A stretch of 64,000 bases of DNA from Hydrurus foetidus (Eukaryota): assembly GCA_900617105.1 (NCBI GenBank), contig UYFQ01000001.1, positions 4,278,001 through 4,342,000 of the forward strand, in the 5' to 3' direction. Position 1 is the stretch's first letter; every line of letters starts with the position of its first letter. The position numbers and the translations under genes are program-made. Positions 9,870 to 19,980 of this stretch are shown here, piece after piece. The notes under the pieces were generated by a model, which saw only the letters and a program-made list of their open reading frames with translations, had not been told where the DNA came from and did not search any database.

Positions 9870-10808
9870 TTAATTTGGCAGCAGACGCTGGTAAAGCTGC
9901 TGCATTACCAGCTTAGGCTGCCGGTCCAGCGTGAACAGGCCCCAGTGCTTTTCTGGCTCCAATGGATCGGGCGAGCCCTTCCATGGCTCATCAAAGGCCT
10001 CGAACACGAAAGTCAGAATACCTTCCTTTTGCGACCACTCAACGAGATCCCGGTAGTACACCGCTTGTAGTTCCTGAGATGCGTTCTCCGGCTGAATACC
10101 GCGTCCGTTCGAGTTGGTTGCCCAGCCCGCTTCCGTGATGACCACAGGTTTGTCGGGGTACAAACTGGCAACGCTGTCGTAGTTGTCGCGCGTATAGTTC
10201 AGCGCGTCGTGGATGTGCTTGTATTCCCATACCGGGTAGGTGTGCAGCGAGATAAAATCGACTTCGGGGACTAGGTCGCGCAGCTTGTACTGCCAGGGGA
10301 CGTAGTTCTCACAAAAGGTCACTGGCTGTGGTGCGCGGCTCTTGACCCAGCGAACATACTCGATCATGTTCGATACCGGAACGAAGTGGTCTGTCCAGTC
10401 GACGGTGGCCTCGTTTCCTACGGCCAACGAGAAGACGATTTCGGGGTATTTGTTCGCCAGCGCGACCAGGCGTACCAGCTCATCACGATTGGCCCGCACG
10501 CTGGCGTTTAGTGCGTCTTCGCTATAGGTGCCGCCCCACGGGCAGCCGAAATTGTTCATTTCGGGGCCCAGGTAGGCGCCCAGAATGACCTGGAAGTCCA
10601 GCCCGTCGCTGGCAATGATCTCCAGCACCCGTTCAGCATGCGTGCTGCAGTCGTAGAGGCGGAGCAGCCGCCAATTGGGTTGCAGGATCAACAGGTCCTC
10701 ACGAATTTGATCTAGGCTTGGGTAGGTTTTGGTATCAGGGCTTTGTCCGGCGCGGTAGCCCGAATAGCAAATCGCGTTGCCCGATGGCAGTTTCAGCTTG
10801 GTGTTCAT
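9870..10808 (-). CDS. GH17-family beta-1,3-glucanase
   Basis: AICYSGYR, LAVGNEA, ITEAGW, FEAFDEPWK; start taken at ATG 10808. Confidence 0.85.
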   Translation of the reverse strand: MNTKLKLPSGNAICYSGYRAGQSPDTKTYPSLDQIREDLLILQPNWRLLRLYDCSTHAERVLEIIASDGLDFQVILGAYLGPEMNNFGCPWGGTYSEDALNASVRANRDELVRLVALANKYPEIVFSLAVGNEATVDWTDHFVPVSNMIEYVRWVKSRAPQPVTFCENYVPWQYKLRDLVPEVDFISLHTYPVWEYKHIHDALNYTRDNYDSVASLYPDKPVVITEAGWATNSNGRGIQPENASQELQAVYYRDLVEWSQKEGILTFVFEAFDEPWKGSPDPLEPEKHWGLFTLDRQPKLVMQQLYQRLLPN

Positions 10809-10880
10809 TGATCTCTTGATAGAAGGTTTAGTGCCCTGCATCAGCATGGCCCTGATGCAGTAGGTTAAGGCGCGGTAAAT

Positions 10881-11852
10881 TTAGGCGAACTTTGGCTTGC
10901 CGTCTTTGTTCCACAGGCCCCAGTAGGCTCCGACATCACCCTCGGCGCCTACTTTCCAGGCTTCGTCGAAGGCGGAAAAGTAAAACATTTCGATGCCGTC
11001 ACTTTTTACCCAGCGTTGGGTATCGATGAAATAGCGCATGGCGCCTTCTACTGATGGCAACGCGCCATGGAAGGCGCTGCCTTTGTCGGGCCATCCCGTC
11101 TCGCTGATGATCACTCGTTTTCCACCGGCAACGGCCTGAGTACGGCGCATCATGCTCTGCATGTAGGTAACAGCGTCATCGCGCGGGCAGCCTTCCCAGA
11201 ACGGATAGCAGTTTGTGAGAATTACATCGCAGGCTGCAGTGACACGTGGATGCCTTTCAAACAGGTAATAGGCATCGACATAGCCTATCGCCAGCCCCGG
11301 CAAGGCTTGGCGCACGCGCTTGATAAATACGATGAGTTCGTCTTCAGATAGGTCTTCTCGCAGCAGGACTTCATTGCCAATGGCGATGATGTCTGCGTGT
11401 CCCGCACGGCCCAAGGCGATCGCCCCTTCGATCTCTCGTTCATTGATCTCACTGTCGGTGCCTAGCCATGCACCGACCAGGGTCTTCATTCCCAGCTCAT
11501 GCGCAATGCGCGGAGTTTGTTCGTGGCCGTCGGTACACGAGAAGGTGCGGATCCATCTGGTGGTGTGACGGATGATCTCAAGTCGTGCCCGGATCTGCGC
11601 TTCGCTGATCTGAGCGCCGGGCGCCTGGCCTTCCAGGTACGGGCTGAAACACAGGCCATGCACGCCAGCTTGCAGAACCTGCTGAAACTCGCTGGTGAGC
11701 TTGGCCTGTTCAGCCGTTGAAAGTAGCTGCGGTGCCTTGACCGGGTCGTCAGTGCCCATGCGAGCTGTATCGGCAGCCCAGGCTGAATGGATTGGTGCAG
11801 AAGAGGCTGCGCGGGTTGGTTGTTTGGTAACGTTTGCTTTGGTGTTAGTCAT
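10881..11852 (-). CDS. GH17-family beta-1,3-glucanase
   Basis: GLCFSPY, IAIGNEV, ISETGWP, FSAFDEAWK; RBS GAGGA before ATG 11852. Confidence 0.85.
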   Translation of the reverse strand: MTNTKANVTKQPTRAASSAPIHSAWAADTARMGTDDPVKAPQLLSTAEQAKLTSEFQQVLQAGVHGLCFSPYLEGQAPGAQISEAQIRARLEIIRHTTRWIRTFSCTDGHEQTPRIAHELGMKTLVGAWLGTDSEINEREIEGAIALGRAGHADIIAIGNEVLLREDLSEDELIVFIKRVRQALPGLAIGYVDAYYLFERHPRVTAACDVILTNCYPFWEGCPRDDAVTYMQSMMRRTQAVAGGKRVIISETGWPDKGSAFHGALPSVEGAMRYFIDTQRWVKSDGIEMFYFSAFDEAWKVGAEGDVGAYWGLWNKDGKPKFA

Positions 11853-11939
11853 GGACTGATCCTCAAAGTTGGGGGCAGGCGTCGTCTCACGAACCTGCGA
11901 TGGGGCGTTGGAAATTTCCGATTCGTTTGCAGCTGCGAC

Positions 11940-12113
11940 AACCGGATTGCGTTTGCGTCGCTCTGCAAGCTCGATGCCCACCACCCGGACCGTCTCGTCG
12001 AGCCGGTAGCCAATCTTTCAATCACGGTCGGTGGCCCGACATTGACCTCGCTGGCCGGATTGCTATCGGGCAAACTACCCGTGGCGGATGATGCAACACC
12101 CTGGCGCACGCAT
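11940..12113 (-). pseudogene. Possible internally deleted remnant of a GPH-family MFS sugar transporter
   Basis: RBS AGGA and ATG at 12113. Reads PTVIE/KIGY (GPH N-terminus-like, with a 1-nt shift) joined directly to YRLDETVRVVGIELAERRKR (GPH C-terminus-like). Confidence 0.35.
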
Positions 12114-12156
12114 TACGTCCTGTTTTATTCTAAATGTGCTGGCTATTCGCTTGGCG

Positions 12157-13125
12157 TTATCGCTTTTTCTGCCAGGGCATGCGCCCCTTGCCGCGTGGCT
12201 TGGCAACGCTGTAGCTGACTCTCTTCTTGTAGACGCGCACGTAGTCGATAACCAGTTCCGCAGGAAACTTCGTTTTCGGATTAGGTGCGCCAGGGAAATT
12301 TCCACCCACGGCAACGTTCATCACCAGATAAAACGGCTGGTCAAATGGCGCTGGCCAGGTGTTAACCTCGGCCTCTTTACGCGCAATCACGCCTTTACCA
12401 TCTTTTTCCAAACTGCAGCTCCACCAATGGGAGCAGGTGCTGGTGTGAACATCGTCTACATAAAATCGGATCTCTCCGGGCTCCCATTCCACAGCATAGA
12501 TGTGCCAGTCGGCCACTGTGCTGCCGCCGGGCAGCGTGTGCACATGTGTGATCAGCTGACGGCCATCGGTGCCGGGCGATCCGAAGTGAATGCTGTTGAG
12601 AACCTCATGCGGCTTTTCACCGGCGATTTCCATCAAGTCGATCTCGCCTGATGCAGGCCAGCCGCCATAGTGGTCTTCCTGCGGCAGCATCCACAATGCG
12701 GGCCACAAGCCCTTGCCCCAGGGAACCTTGGCTCGAATTTCAACGCGTCCGTAGCATGTAGTGAAAAGAGGCGTTCCGTCGGCTTGCCGCGACTTGAGGC
12801 GCGCTGAGGTGTAGCCGCACTCGTGTGAGACCTTCTTCACCGCGCGGATGGTGAGAAGGCCGTTCTTGACCGAAGCGTTGGACGGCTCTTGCGTGTAGTA
12901 CTGCAGCTCCTCGTTTCCCCAGCCGCCAACCCAGGTGTGGCTGTTGTAGTCGAAGAATCCGTTTCCGATATCAAAGTCCCACTTGGTGGTGTCGATCTCT
13001 TCGCCAACGAACTCGTCATTCCAGACTATGGTCCAGCCGGGGGGGCTCTGTACTTTGGGAGTACGAGTTATCTTTGTGCTTGTACTGACCCTCGAGACCT
13101 TGAGCGACGTTGCGATCTTTCCCAT
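12157..13125 (-). CDS. GH16 laminarinase-like (no signal peptide)
   Basis: WNDEF, GWGNEELQYY, YTSARL, WPALWML, GEIDLME, DYVRVY. Confidence 0.9.
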   Translation of the reverse strand: MGKIATSLKVSRVSTSTKITRTPKVQSPPGWTIVWNDEFVGEEIDTTKWDFDIGNGFFDYNSHTWVGGWGNEELQYYTQEPSNASVKNGLLTIRAVKKVSHECGYTSARLKSRQADGTPLFTTCYGRVEIRAKVPWGKGLWPALWMLPQEDHYGGWPASGEIDLMEIAGEKPHEVLNSIHFGSPGTDGRQLITHVHTLPGGSTVADWHIYAVEWEPGEIRFYVDDVHTSTCSHWWSCSLEKDGKGVIARKEAEVNTWPAPFDQPFYLVMNVAVGGNFPGAPNPKTKFPAELVIDYVRVYKKRVSYSVAKPRGKGRMPWQKKR

Positions 13126-14183
13126 CAGAGCACCAGAATCCCTTGGTTATCGAACATAAGCGCACGGGACGAATCGGCCTTCAGGCTTACCGTATCGCCG
13201 CTGTTGCAGACGATATTCTGATGGCCCACTTTGGCGCTAAGCAGGCCTGACAAGCCATTGACCCGCAGGTGCACTATGGACGAGTCGCCCAGGTGTTCGG
13301 CTAACTCGACTGCGGCCGTTACGCCCTGACCCACAGGCGCAACGCTGAGGTGTTCTGGTCGCAGACCCACCCGGTTTATTTGCGCGGCAGCGCTGCCAGC
13401 GAGCATATTCCACAGTTGTACGTGATCTCTTGCAGCGGCGCCCGCCGAGGGCCGATCCACCAGGTTGATGCGCGGCGCACCGATGAATCCAGCCACAAAT
13501 TCATTCGCTGGCTTGTTGTACATCGCCATGGGTTCGGCCAGTTGTTCTATATGGCCTTTGTTGAATACCGCAATACGGTCGCCCAGTGTCATGGCCTCAA
13601 CCTGGTCATGGGTGACGTAGATCATCGTAGTTCCCAGCTCTTTGTGTAGCCGCGACAGCTCAATGCGCATGTTGACCCGCAGCGCCGCGTCCAGATTGGA
13701 TAGCGGCTCGTCAAACAAAAACACCTTTGGTTTTCGCACGATTGAGCGTCCTATCGCTACCCGCTGACGCTGCCCTCCCGACAACTCTTTGGGAAAGCGG
13801 TCAAGCAAATCAGTAATGCGCAGGATTTCAGCGGCTCGGCCCACTTGCTCTGTGCGCTGTACCTTGCCAACACCGGCCATTTTCAGTGCAAAGCCCATGT
13901 TCTCGGCCACCGTCATATGCGGGTACAACGCATAGCTCTGAAACACCATTGCTGTGCCGCGATCAGCCGGCCGCAGGTCATTGGTGCGCTGGTTATCGAT
14001 GAGCAGGTCGCCTGCAGTGATGGACTCCAGCCCGGCGATCATGCGCAGTGTGGTGGATTTACCGCAGCCCGACGGGCCGACAAAGACCATGAATTCACCG
14101 TTGTGCACCTCCAGGTCGATACCCTTGATGATGTCGACCGAGCCGTAGCTTTTATGAATGCCTCTTAATAAAACCTGACCCAT
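13125..14183 (-). CDS. Carbohydrate ABC transporter ATP-binding protein (MalK/MsmK-like)
   Basis: GPSGCGKS, LSGGQRQR, FLFDEPLSNLD, C-terminal TOBE-like tail; start ATG 14183. Confidence 0.92.
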   Translation of the reverse strand: MGQVLLRGIHKSYGSVDIIKGIDLEVHNGEFMVFVGPSGCGKSTTLRMIAGLESITAGDLLIDNQRTNDLRPADRGTAMVFQSYALYPHMTVAENMGFALKMAGVGKVQRTEQVGRAAEILRITDLLDRFPKELSGGQRQRVAIGRSIVRKPKVFLFDEPLSNLDAALRVNMRIELSRLHKELGTTMIYVTHDQVEAMTLGDRIAVFNKGHIEQLAEPMAMYNKPANEFVAGFIGAPRINLVDRPSAGAAARDHVQLWNMLAGSAAAQINRVGLRPEHLSVAPVGQGVTAAVELAEHLGDSSIVHLRVNGLSGLLSAKVGHQNIVCNSGDTVSLKADSSRALMFDNQGILVL

Positions 14184-14184
14184 C

Positions 14185-15558
14185 TCACGCTCCTGTGCTG
14201 ACCGCAGCATCGTGCTCGCGGGCTGTTTTTTGGTGCACCAAAAATTGCTGGTACCACAGTGCGCTGTCTTTGAGCGTGCGCGTTTGGCTGGCGTAGTCCA
14301 CGTGAACAATGCCAAAGCGCTTGCCGTAGCCAGATGCCCATTCAAAGTTGTCCATCAGACTCCACACCATGTAGCCCTCCATCTTTACCCCCTGATCCAT
14401 GGCGTCAGCCACGGCCTGAATGTGCTGCACGATGTATTCAGTCCGATCCCGATCGCGCACTTTTCCCTGGTCAAGCCTGTCCTTGAAGGCGCCGCCGTTT
14501 TCTGTGACGTACATTGGCGGCACGTCATAGTCACGGTCCAGTCGCAAAAGCAACTCGGTCAGGCCTTCCGGGTAGATTTCCCATCCCATATCGGTGACTC
14601 CGCGTCCACCGCTGTGCACGTCCCAGGAGCCTGCCGCGCTGGCGACACTGCGCGAGTAGTAGTTCAGTCCCATGAAATCCATGGGTGTTCCGATGATGTC
14701 CATATCTCCTGGGCTGACTTGCGGTGCATCGGCACCGAGGTAGTCCAGGACATCCTTGGGGTAACCTTTTTTGAACAGTGGGTCCATGTACCAGCGCACG
14801 AGCTTGCCATCTTCCAGCCGAGCCTGGGCTTTGTCTGCTTCCGATGGAGTGGCGGCTTGCACTGGTGACAAGTTCAGCACAATGCCGAGCTCTGCCTTGC
14901 AGCCCACTGCCCGAAGTGCCCGCAAGGCAAGTCCGTGGCTGAGCAGCAGATGGTGGGCCACCTGCGCTGCAATTTTGCGGTCTTTGATGCCGGGCGCGAA
15001 GACACCGCTTTCATGCCCGAGGATCGCCATGACCCAAGGTTCATTGTGGGTAGTGATGGCCGATACCCGTTCACCGAGTAAGGCATGCATGCCCAGCGCA
15101 TATTCCACAAAGCGGTGAACCGTTGCACGGTTGGCCCAGCCGCCTTCGCTCTGAAGCGCATCCGGCAGGTCCCAGTGATTCAGCGTCAGGTAGGGCTTGA
15201 TGCCGCGCGCAAGCAACCCATCAACCAGCTTCTCGTAAAAATCCAGTCCTTTAGCATTCCAGTCGCCGGTGCCGGTCGGTCGCACTCGTGGCCACGATAC
15301 CGAGAAGCGGTAGGCGTCTACCCCAAGACTGGCAATGAGGTCTAGGTCTTCGTCAAGACGGTGGTAATGGTCGCAGGCTATGTCGCCATTGCTGTGGTCC
15401 GCGATTTTCTCGGGCAGCCTGCAGAAAGTGTCCCAGATCGACGGCCCTTTGCCATCCTCTGCGGAAGCGCCTTCAATCTGGAAAGAACTAGTGGCCACAC
15501 CCCAGACAAAATCGGGCGGGAATCGGGCGACCAGATGGTCAAGTTCACTGGGTTTCAT
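14185..15558 (-). CDS. GH1 beta-glucosidase
   Basis: FPPDFVWGVATSSFQIEG, THNEP, YVTENG, DNFEWA; start ATG 15558. Confidence 0.93.
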   Translation of the reverse strand: MKPSELDHLVARFPPDFVWGVATSSFQIEGASAEDGKGPSIWDTFCRLPEKIADHSNGDIACDHYHRLDEDLDLIASLGVDAYRFSVSWPRVRPTGTGDWNAKGLDFYEKLVDGLLARGIKPYLTLNHWDLPDALQSEGGWANRATVHRFVEYALGMHALLGERVSAITTHNEPWVMAILGHESGVFAPGIKDRKIAAQVAHHLLLSHGLALRALRAVGCKAELGIVLNLSPVQAATPSEADKAQARLEDGKLVRWYMDPLFKKGYPKDVLDYLGADAPQVSPGDMDIIGTPMDFMGLNYYSRSVASAAGSWDVHSGGRGVTDMGWEIYPEGLTELLLRLDRDYDVPPMYVTENGGAFKDRLDQGKVRDRDRTEYIVQHIQAVADAMDQGVKMEGYMVWSLMDNFEWASGYGKRFGIVHVDYASQTRTLKDSALWYQQFLVHQKTAREHDAAVSTGA

Positions 15559-15602
15559 GGGGTACGGGTGTTGTGTATGGTTGATTTGGTCGGTGCTAAT
15601 CG

Positions 15603-16433
15603 CTATTTCACGGCACCGGTGGTCAGTCCCGAAATCAGCTGGCGCGAAGACATCACGAATAGGATAACGAGTGGCAAAGTGGCGATTGCTGATCCGGTCA
15701 TCAGGGCGCCCCATTCGGTATTGACCGGGCTTTGCAGGCTGCGCAGCGCCAGCGGCAGGGTGTACATGTCGGGCGAGCGCATGACAATCAGGGGACCGAT
15801 GAAGTTGTTCCAGGAGGCAATGAATGTGATCAGGCCCAGCGTGCCGCAGGCAGGTCGCAACAGGGGTAGCACGATGCGCCAGTAGATGCCGAACTCGGAA
15901 CATCCGTCCATTCGTGCGGCTTCTACCAAGTCGCGCGGGATAGAGGCGGTGACAAACTGCCGCATCAAAAAGATGCCGAAGGCGCTTGCTGCGCCAGGGA
16001 TGTATAGCGCACGAGGCTGGTCGATCCAGCCCAGCAGGTCCATGATCATGAAAGTGGGAATCATGTTCATGAACGATGGGAGTAGCAGGGTGGCCATGAC
16101 GAGGCCGAATAAAGCGTTTTTGAACTTGAAGTCGAATAGCGCAAAGGCATAGCCACCCATAGAGCAAAAAAGCAATGTCAGGATGGTCGAGGCGACGGCG
16201 ACGTAAAGACTCCAGCCGAGGCTGCGCCAGAACGGCAGGCGATCCGTGAGTATCTTGAGGTTGTTCATGAAGTCGTCACCTGGAAACAGGGGCGGCGGCA
16301 GACTAAAGATCTCAGTGCGTGAATGAGTAGCAAACACGAACATGAAGTAAAACGGCGTCAGCATGATAAGCGCGCCAATTCCGACCACCAGGTAGGCTGC
16401 CCAGGGAGCCATGCGTTCTGAATTGAGTTTCAT
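15603..16433 (-). CDS. Carbohydrate ABC transporter permease (MalG-like)
   Basis: Multiple TM segments; EAARMDG loop. Confidence 0.92.
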   Translation of the reverse strand: MKLNSERMAPWAAYLVVGIGALIMLTPFYFMFVFATHSRTEIFSLPPPLFPGDDFMNNLKILTDRLPFWRSLGWSLYVAVASTILTLLFCSMGGYAFALFDFKFKNALFGLVMATLLLPSFMNMIPTFMIMDLLGWIDQPRALYIPGAASAFGIFLMRQFVTASIPRDLVEAARMDGCSEFGIYWRIVLPLLRPACGTLGLITFIASWNNFIGPLIVMRSPDMYTLPLALRSLQSPVNTEWGALMTGSAIATLPLVILFVMSSRQLISGLTTGAVK

Positions 16434-16449
16434 GGCGTCGGCCCTGTGG

Positions 16450-17385
16450 TTACGCAGAACGACCGCGTGGGCGGAAGGCCAGGTTGGTGAGCCAAGTAAG
16501 CAAGGCTACCAGTATGAACAGCAACCACGACATCGCACTGGCAGCGCCGAAATCGTTAAAGTCAAAGGCCATTCGGTACAGGTAGATCGCGGTGGTCATG
16601 CCCGCCTGGTCAGATCCGCCGCGCCCGCCAGTCAGAATGAACGGCTCTTCAAAAAGCTGTAGGCCGCCGATCACGCTGAGGGTGACGCCGAAAAAAATCA
16701 TCGGCTTGAGGCTGGGCAGCGTGATGAACCAGAACTGCTGCAGCCTGCCCGCGCCATCTATCGTGGCCGCCTCGTAAATATCCTTGGGGATGGTCTGCAG
16801 CGCTGCCAGGTAGAGCACGACGTTAAAGCCCACATAGCGCCAGAACACCAGCATCGCAATAGCGGGCTTGATGCGGTCCGGGTCGTTAAGCCAGTCTATG
16901 GCCTCATTGGGCACCAGCCGGCCAAGCAGCGGCACCTGATGGAGTGCTTGCAGGCCGACGTTGATCATGCCGAAGTCGGTCGAGAGCAACGAGCTAAACA
17001 AAATGGCGATGGCCACTGTAGACGTGATGTAGGGCATGAAATATGCCCCAACCACGCCATTGCGCAGGCGCTTGAACGACGAATGAATGAAGTAAGCAAG
17101 CGGAATCGCAACGAGGTGCTGAGGCACGCCGGATGCCAAGGCGAGCCAGGCGGTGTTCTTGAGGGACTTCCAGAACCACTCATCCTGCAGGGCGAAGATG
17201 AAGTTACCGAACCCTACAAATTTCATGGCCGAGAGGCCGCTGGTAGGCTCCCAGCTCTGAAACGCCAAGTACAGCGAGAAGGCCAACGGAAACGCACCGA
17301 ATAGCAGAAACAGCGCAACAAAAGGACTGATGAACACGTACGGTGTCCACTCAGGGGAGAGTCGAAGTCGGTTGGGCAATTTCAT
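16450..17385 (-). CDS. Carbohydrate ABC transporter permease (MalF-like)
   Basis: YEAATIDGA loop, TM segments; start ATG 17385. Confidence 0.92.
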   Translation of the reverse strand: MKLPNRLRLSPEWTPYVFISPFVALFLLFGAFPLAFSLYLAFQSWEPTSGLSAMKFVGFGNFIFALQDEWFWKSLKNTAWLALASGVPQHLVAIPLAYFIHSSFKRLRNGVVGAYFMPYITSTVAIAILFSSLLSTDFGMINVGLQALHQVPLLGRLVPNEAIDWLNDPDRIKPAIAMLVFWRYVGFNVVLYLAALQTIPKDIYEAATIDGAGRLQQFWFITLPSLKPMIFFGVTLSVIGGLQLFEEPFILTGGRGGSDQAGMTTAIYLYRMAFDFNDFGAASAMSWLLFILVALLTWLTNLAFRPRGRSA

Positions 17386-17428
17386 AAAGGGTAGCGATAG
17401 GGCGTTGTGTGCTGCGGAGTGTCGTGGG

Positions 17429-18703
17429 TCAGCGATGCACGCGACTCGCCAACAGGCGATGCGCATCGGCCAGCGCTGTGGCAATGTCCTTACCCCGATC
17501 CAGCACCTTATCCAGTTCGGTGTTAATTACCTCGTCGGCAAAACTGTCCTGTTTGTGCACGCTAACGGCCGTGATCTTGCTCACGGCATCACGCCAGCCC
17601 GTCCGTGCTGTCTCGCCCCCCAAAAATGCAATGGGCTGGTCGAAGAAAGGATCGTCGTAGGTGTCGACCAAGGCGGGGAAGGCATCCTGCGATTTGAAGG
17701 CGGCTAACTGAACGTTTTTGTTGAGCGTCATCAACTTGATGAACTCCCACGCCAGCAGCTTGTGTTGGTCTGGCGCGCCTCGGGCGATCGCATAGAAGGT
17801 ACCGCCATAAGCGGCGTGGGCACCTTCGGGCAACTGTGCTGCACGCCATAGGCCCTTGGTTGATGGTGCGAGCCAATTGTTAAGGTGGCCGGCGAGCCAG
17901 GCGCCCGACATTTGGGTTGCAATCGTGCCGCGCTTGAAGCCTTCTGACCATTCGTTGGACCAAGCGGACACCCTGGCGTCCAGTTTTTGCTGGCGTACCT
18001 TGCGGGCCAGCTCGAAGGCCCTTACAAATCGCGGCGACGCGACCAAAACGTTGGATTGGTCGTCGAAATACAGACCCTCACCGGGCTTGACGCCAGTACG
18101 GATCAGGATGTCTTTAATGTCTCGCGCATGGGGCATGAGGTATGCGCCGGTCGACGCCTTGATCTTGACACCGGCAGCGACATAGCCGTCCCAGCTGGCT
18201 GTCAGTTCGGCTTTACTGACCCCCGCCTTGTCCAGGATGTCCTTGCGATACAACAAAGTACCGGGGCCGACGTCTGTGGGGACTGCCACCACTGCGCCGC
18301 TGCGACTAGTAGCCTGGGCGTATGCGTAGGGCGCGTACCTGGCCTTGAACTGGCCTGCGTTATAGGGCGGACGCGACAGGTCTTCAAGGCCTCCGCCCTG
18401 GGCAAACCGCCCGACATAACCAACCTCGAGGGCCATCACATCCGGCAAGTAGAAAGATGTTGACAGGGCCGTGGTCATTGCCGTGTGATGGTCACTGAAC
18501 TGGCGGCTGACCACCTGGATGTCGATGTCAGGATGAAGCTTTTTCCATTCCGGGAGAGCAGAGCGCACAATCTCGTCGACGGCAGGGAAGGCTGCAATGG
18601 TGAGCTTGTCGCGTGCGTGGGCTCCCGGCAGCATCGCGGCGGCCAGCGCCAGCGCGACACAAACCCGTATTTCGGAGACACGCCGCAGTCTGAGCCTCAT
18701 CAC
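17429..18703 (-). CDS. Carbohydrate ABC transporter solute-binding protein
   Basis: Signal peptide ending AHA; PDV, LLYRKDILDKAG, GAWLAG; RBS GGAGAAGG. Confidence 0.9.
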   Translation of the reverse strand: MMRLRLRRVSEIRVCVALALAAAMLPGAHARDKLTIAAFPAVDEIVRSALPEWKKLHPDIDIQVVSRQFSDHHTAMTTALSTSFYLPDVMALEVGYVGRFAQGGGLEDLSRPPYNAGQFKARYAPYAYAQATSRSGAVVAVPTDVGPGTLLYRKDILDKAGVSKAELTASWDGYVAAGVKIKASTGAYLMPHARDIKDILIRTGVKPGEGLYFDDQSNVLVASPRFVRAFELARKVRQQKLDARVSAWSNEWSEGFKRGTIATQMSGAWLAGHLNNWLAPSTKGLWRAAQLPEGAHAAYGGTFYAIARGAPDQHKLLAWEFIKLMTLNKNVQLAAFKSQDAFPALVDTYDDPFFDQPIAFLGGETARTGWRDAVSKITAVSVHKQDSFADEVINTELDKVLDRGKDIATALADAHRLLASRVHR

Positions 18704-18749
18704 CTTCTCCTGGTTTTACCTCTGGTTTTGCGAGGGCAGTTTCATTTTA

Positions 18750-18763
18750 TGAAAGCGCTTTCA
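18750..18763. promoter_or_regulatory. LacI-family operator of the ABC operon
   Basis: TGAAAGCGCTTTCA, just downstream of a minus-strand TATAAT (18769-18774). Confidence 0.85.
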
Positions 18764-18864
18764 AAACAATTATAGAGTGGGTGCGAGGTCAATCACTTAG
18801 GGGATTCCCGGAGACGCGAAATGTGCTGGATCTACTTCCCGGATGGGACGACTGCGAGCAAGCG

Positions 18865-19920
18865 TTAGCCGCGCAGTCGGCGGCATGATTCGCGTGCGAT
18901 CAGGCGCGGCGCGGGTACCTCGATGGCTGGCTTTTCGCCAGCGAGAAGGCTGAGCATGGCAGAAGCGGCCAATTGACCCAACTCAAAGGCGGGCTGGTCG
19001 ATAGTGGTCAGGGGCGGCGTCGCGTACATCGAGTTTGGCAGGTTGTCAAATCCGACCAGCGAGATATCGTCAGGCACTCTCAGCGAGTGCCCGTGAAGGC
19101 CTAGCAATGCGCCCAACGCCATCTGATCGTTGGCTGCAAAGATTGCGGAAAAGCGCTGTCGCGTTGACAGCAGATGGTTTACCGCCTGTAGTCCATCAAC
19201 CTCTCGGTAACCGCCCGGGACCACCAGGTTGACATCACCTGCGATGCCTGAAGCCTTCAAGGCGGCCCGGTAGCCGCGTAACCGCTCGTTGGCATCGGGG
19301 TGCTCGGTGTCGCCGCTTATGAAAGCGATTCGGCGATGGCCCAGATCAGCCAAATGCTGTGTTGCCAGACGACCGCCTTCAAAATTGTCAAAATTCAGAC
19401 TGGATAGCCCCGGTCCGGAGATGTTTCGGCCTGTGACCACTACGGGCAGGCTCTTGGCATAACTTTTGAGCGCCTGGTCACTGAGTCGGCCGGTCAACAC
19501 GATGATGCCGTCTACGCGTCGTGAGCGCAGGACATCTACGCACCGTGCCTCGATTTCGGCATTCCAATGCCCACTAACAAAAAGCGGGCTGTAGCCCGCC
19601 GGATCCAGCATGTCCTCGATGCCGCGCAGGGCCGCGCCGTAAAAAGGACTGTCAATGGCCTGGGTCACCACCCCAATGCTGAGGGTTCTCCCGCCCGCCA
19701 GACCCCGAGCGACCGGGTTGGGTACAAAGCCAAGTGCCGCAATGGCTTCGTCAACAACCCGCTTTTTGCCCGGACTGACGATCGCCGTTCCATTGAGAAT
19801 ACGCGAAACTGTACTCGGCGACACGCCGGCGCGCGTAGCCACCATATCCAAAGTCACCACTGCGCTAGGTTTCACAGGGCTCGTCTTGGCTAGAGAGCCC
19901 TGTGTGAGCGTCGAATTCAT
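18865..19920 (-). CDS. LacI-family transcriptional regulator
   Basis: HTH VTLDMVATRAGVSPSTVSRILNG, PNPVARGL, AANDQMA, SLVGFDN, PPLTTI. Confidence 0.95.
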   Translation of the reverse strand: MNSTLTQGSLAKTSPVKPSAVVTLDMVATRAGVSPSTVSRILNGTAIVSPGKKRVVDEAIAALGFVPNPVARGLAGGRTLSIGVVTQAIDSPFYGAALRGIEDMLDPAGYSPLFVSGHWNAEIEARCVDVLRSRRVDGIIVLTGRLSDQALKSYAKSLPVVVTGRNISGPGLSSLNFDNFEGGRLATQHLADLGHRRIAFISGDTEHPDANERLRGYRAALKASGIAGDVNLVVPGGYREVDGLQAVNHLLSTRQRFSAIFAANDQMALGALLGLHGHSLRVPDDISLVGFDNLPNSMYATPPLTTIDQPAFELGQLAASAMLSLLAGEKPAIEVPAPRLIARESCRRLRG

Positions 19921-19980
19921 GCCCTGTCACTCCAGTTTTTTCGCAAGTGTAGCGGCGTAAAGTAGCGTCGCATTTTTTTA

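Noticed and set aside
10836..10860. Hairpin CTGCATCAG-N7-CTGATGCAG between the two GH17 genes
   Set aside because: No U-tract and a single copy; at most an mRNA-stabilising stem.
15559..16167. Long N-terminal extension of GH1 in the ORF track
   Set aside because: It overlaps the permease gene in another frame; GH1 homology begins after ATG 15558. Similar over-extended starts were trimmed for GH81, the ABC ATPase, hemX and rseB.
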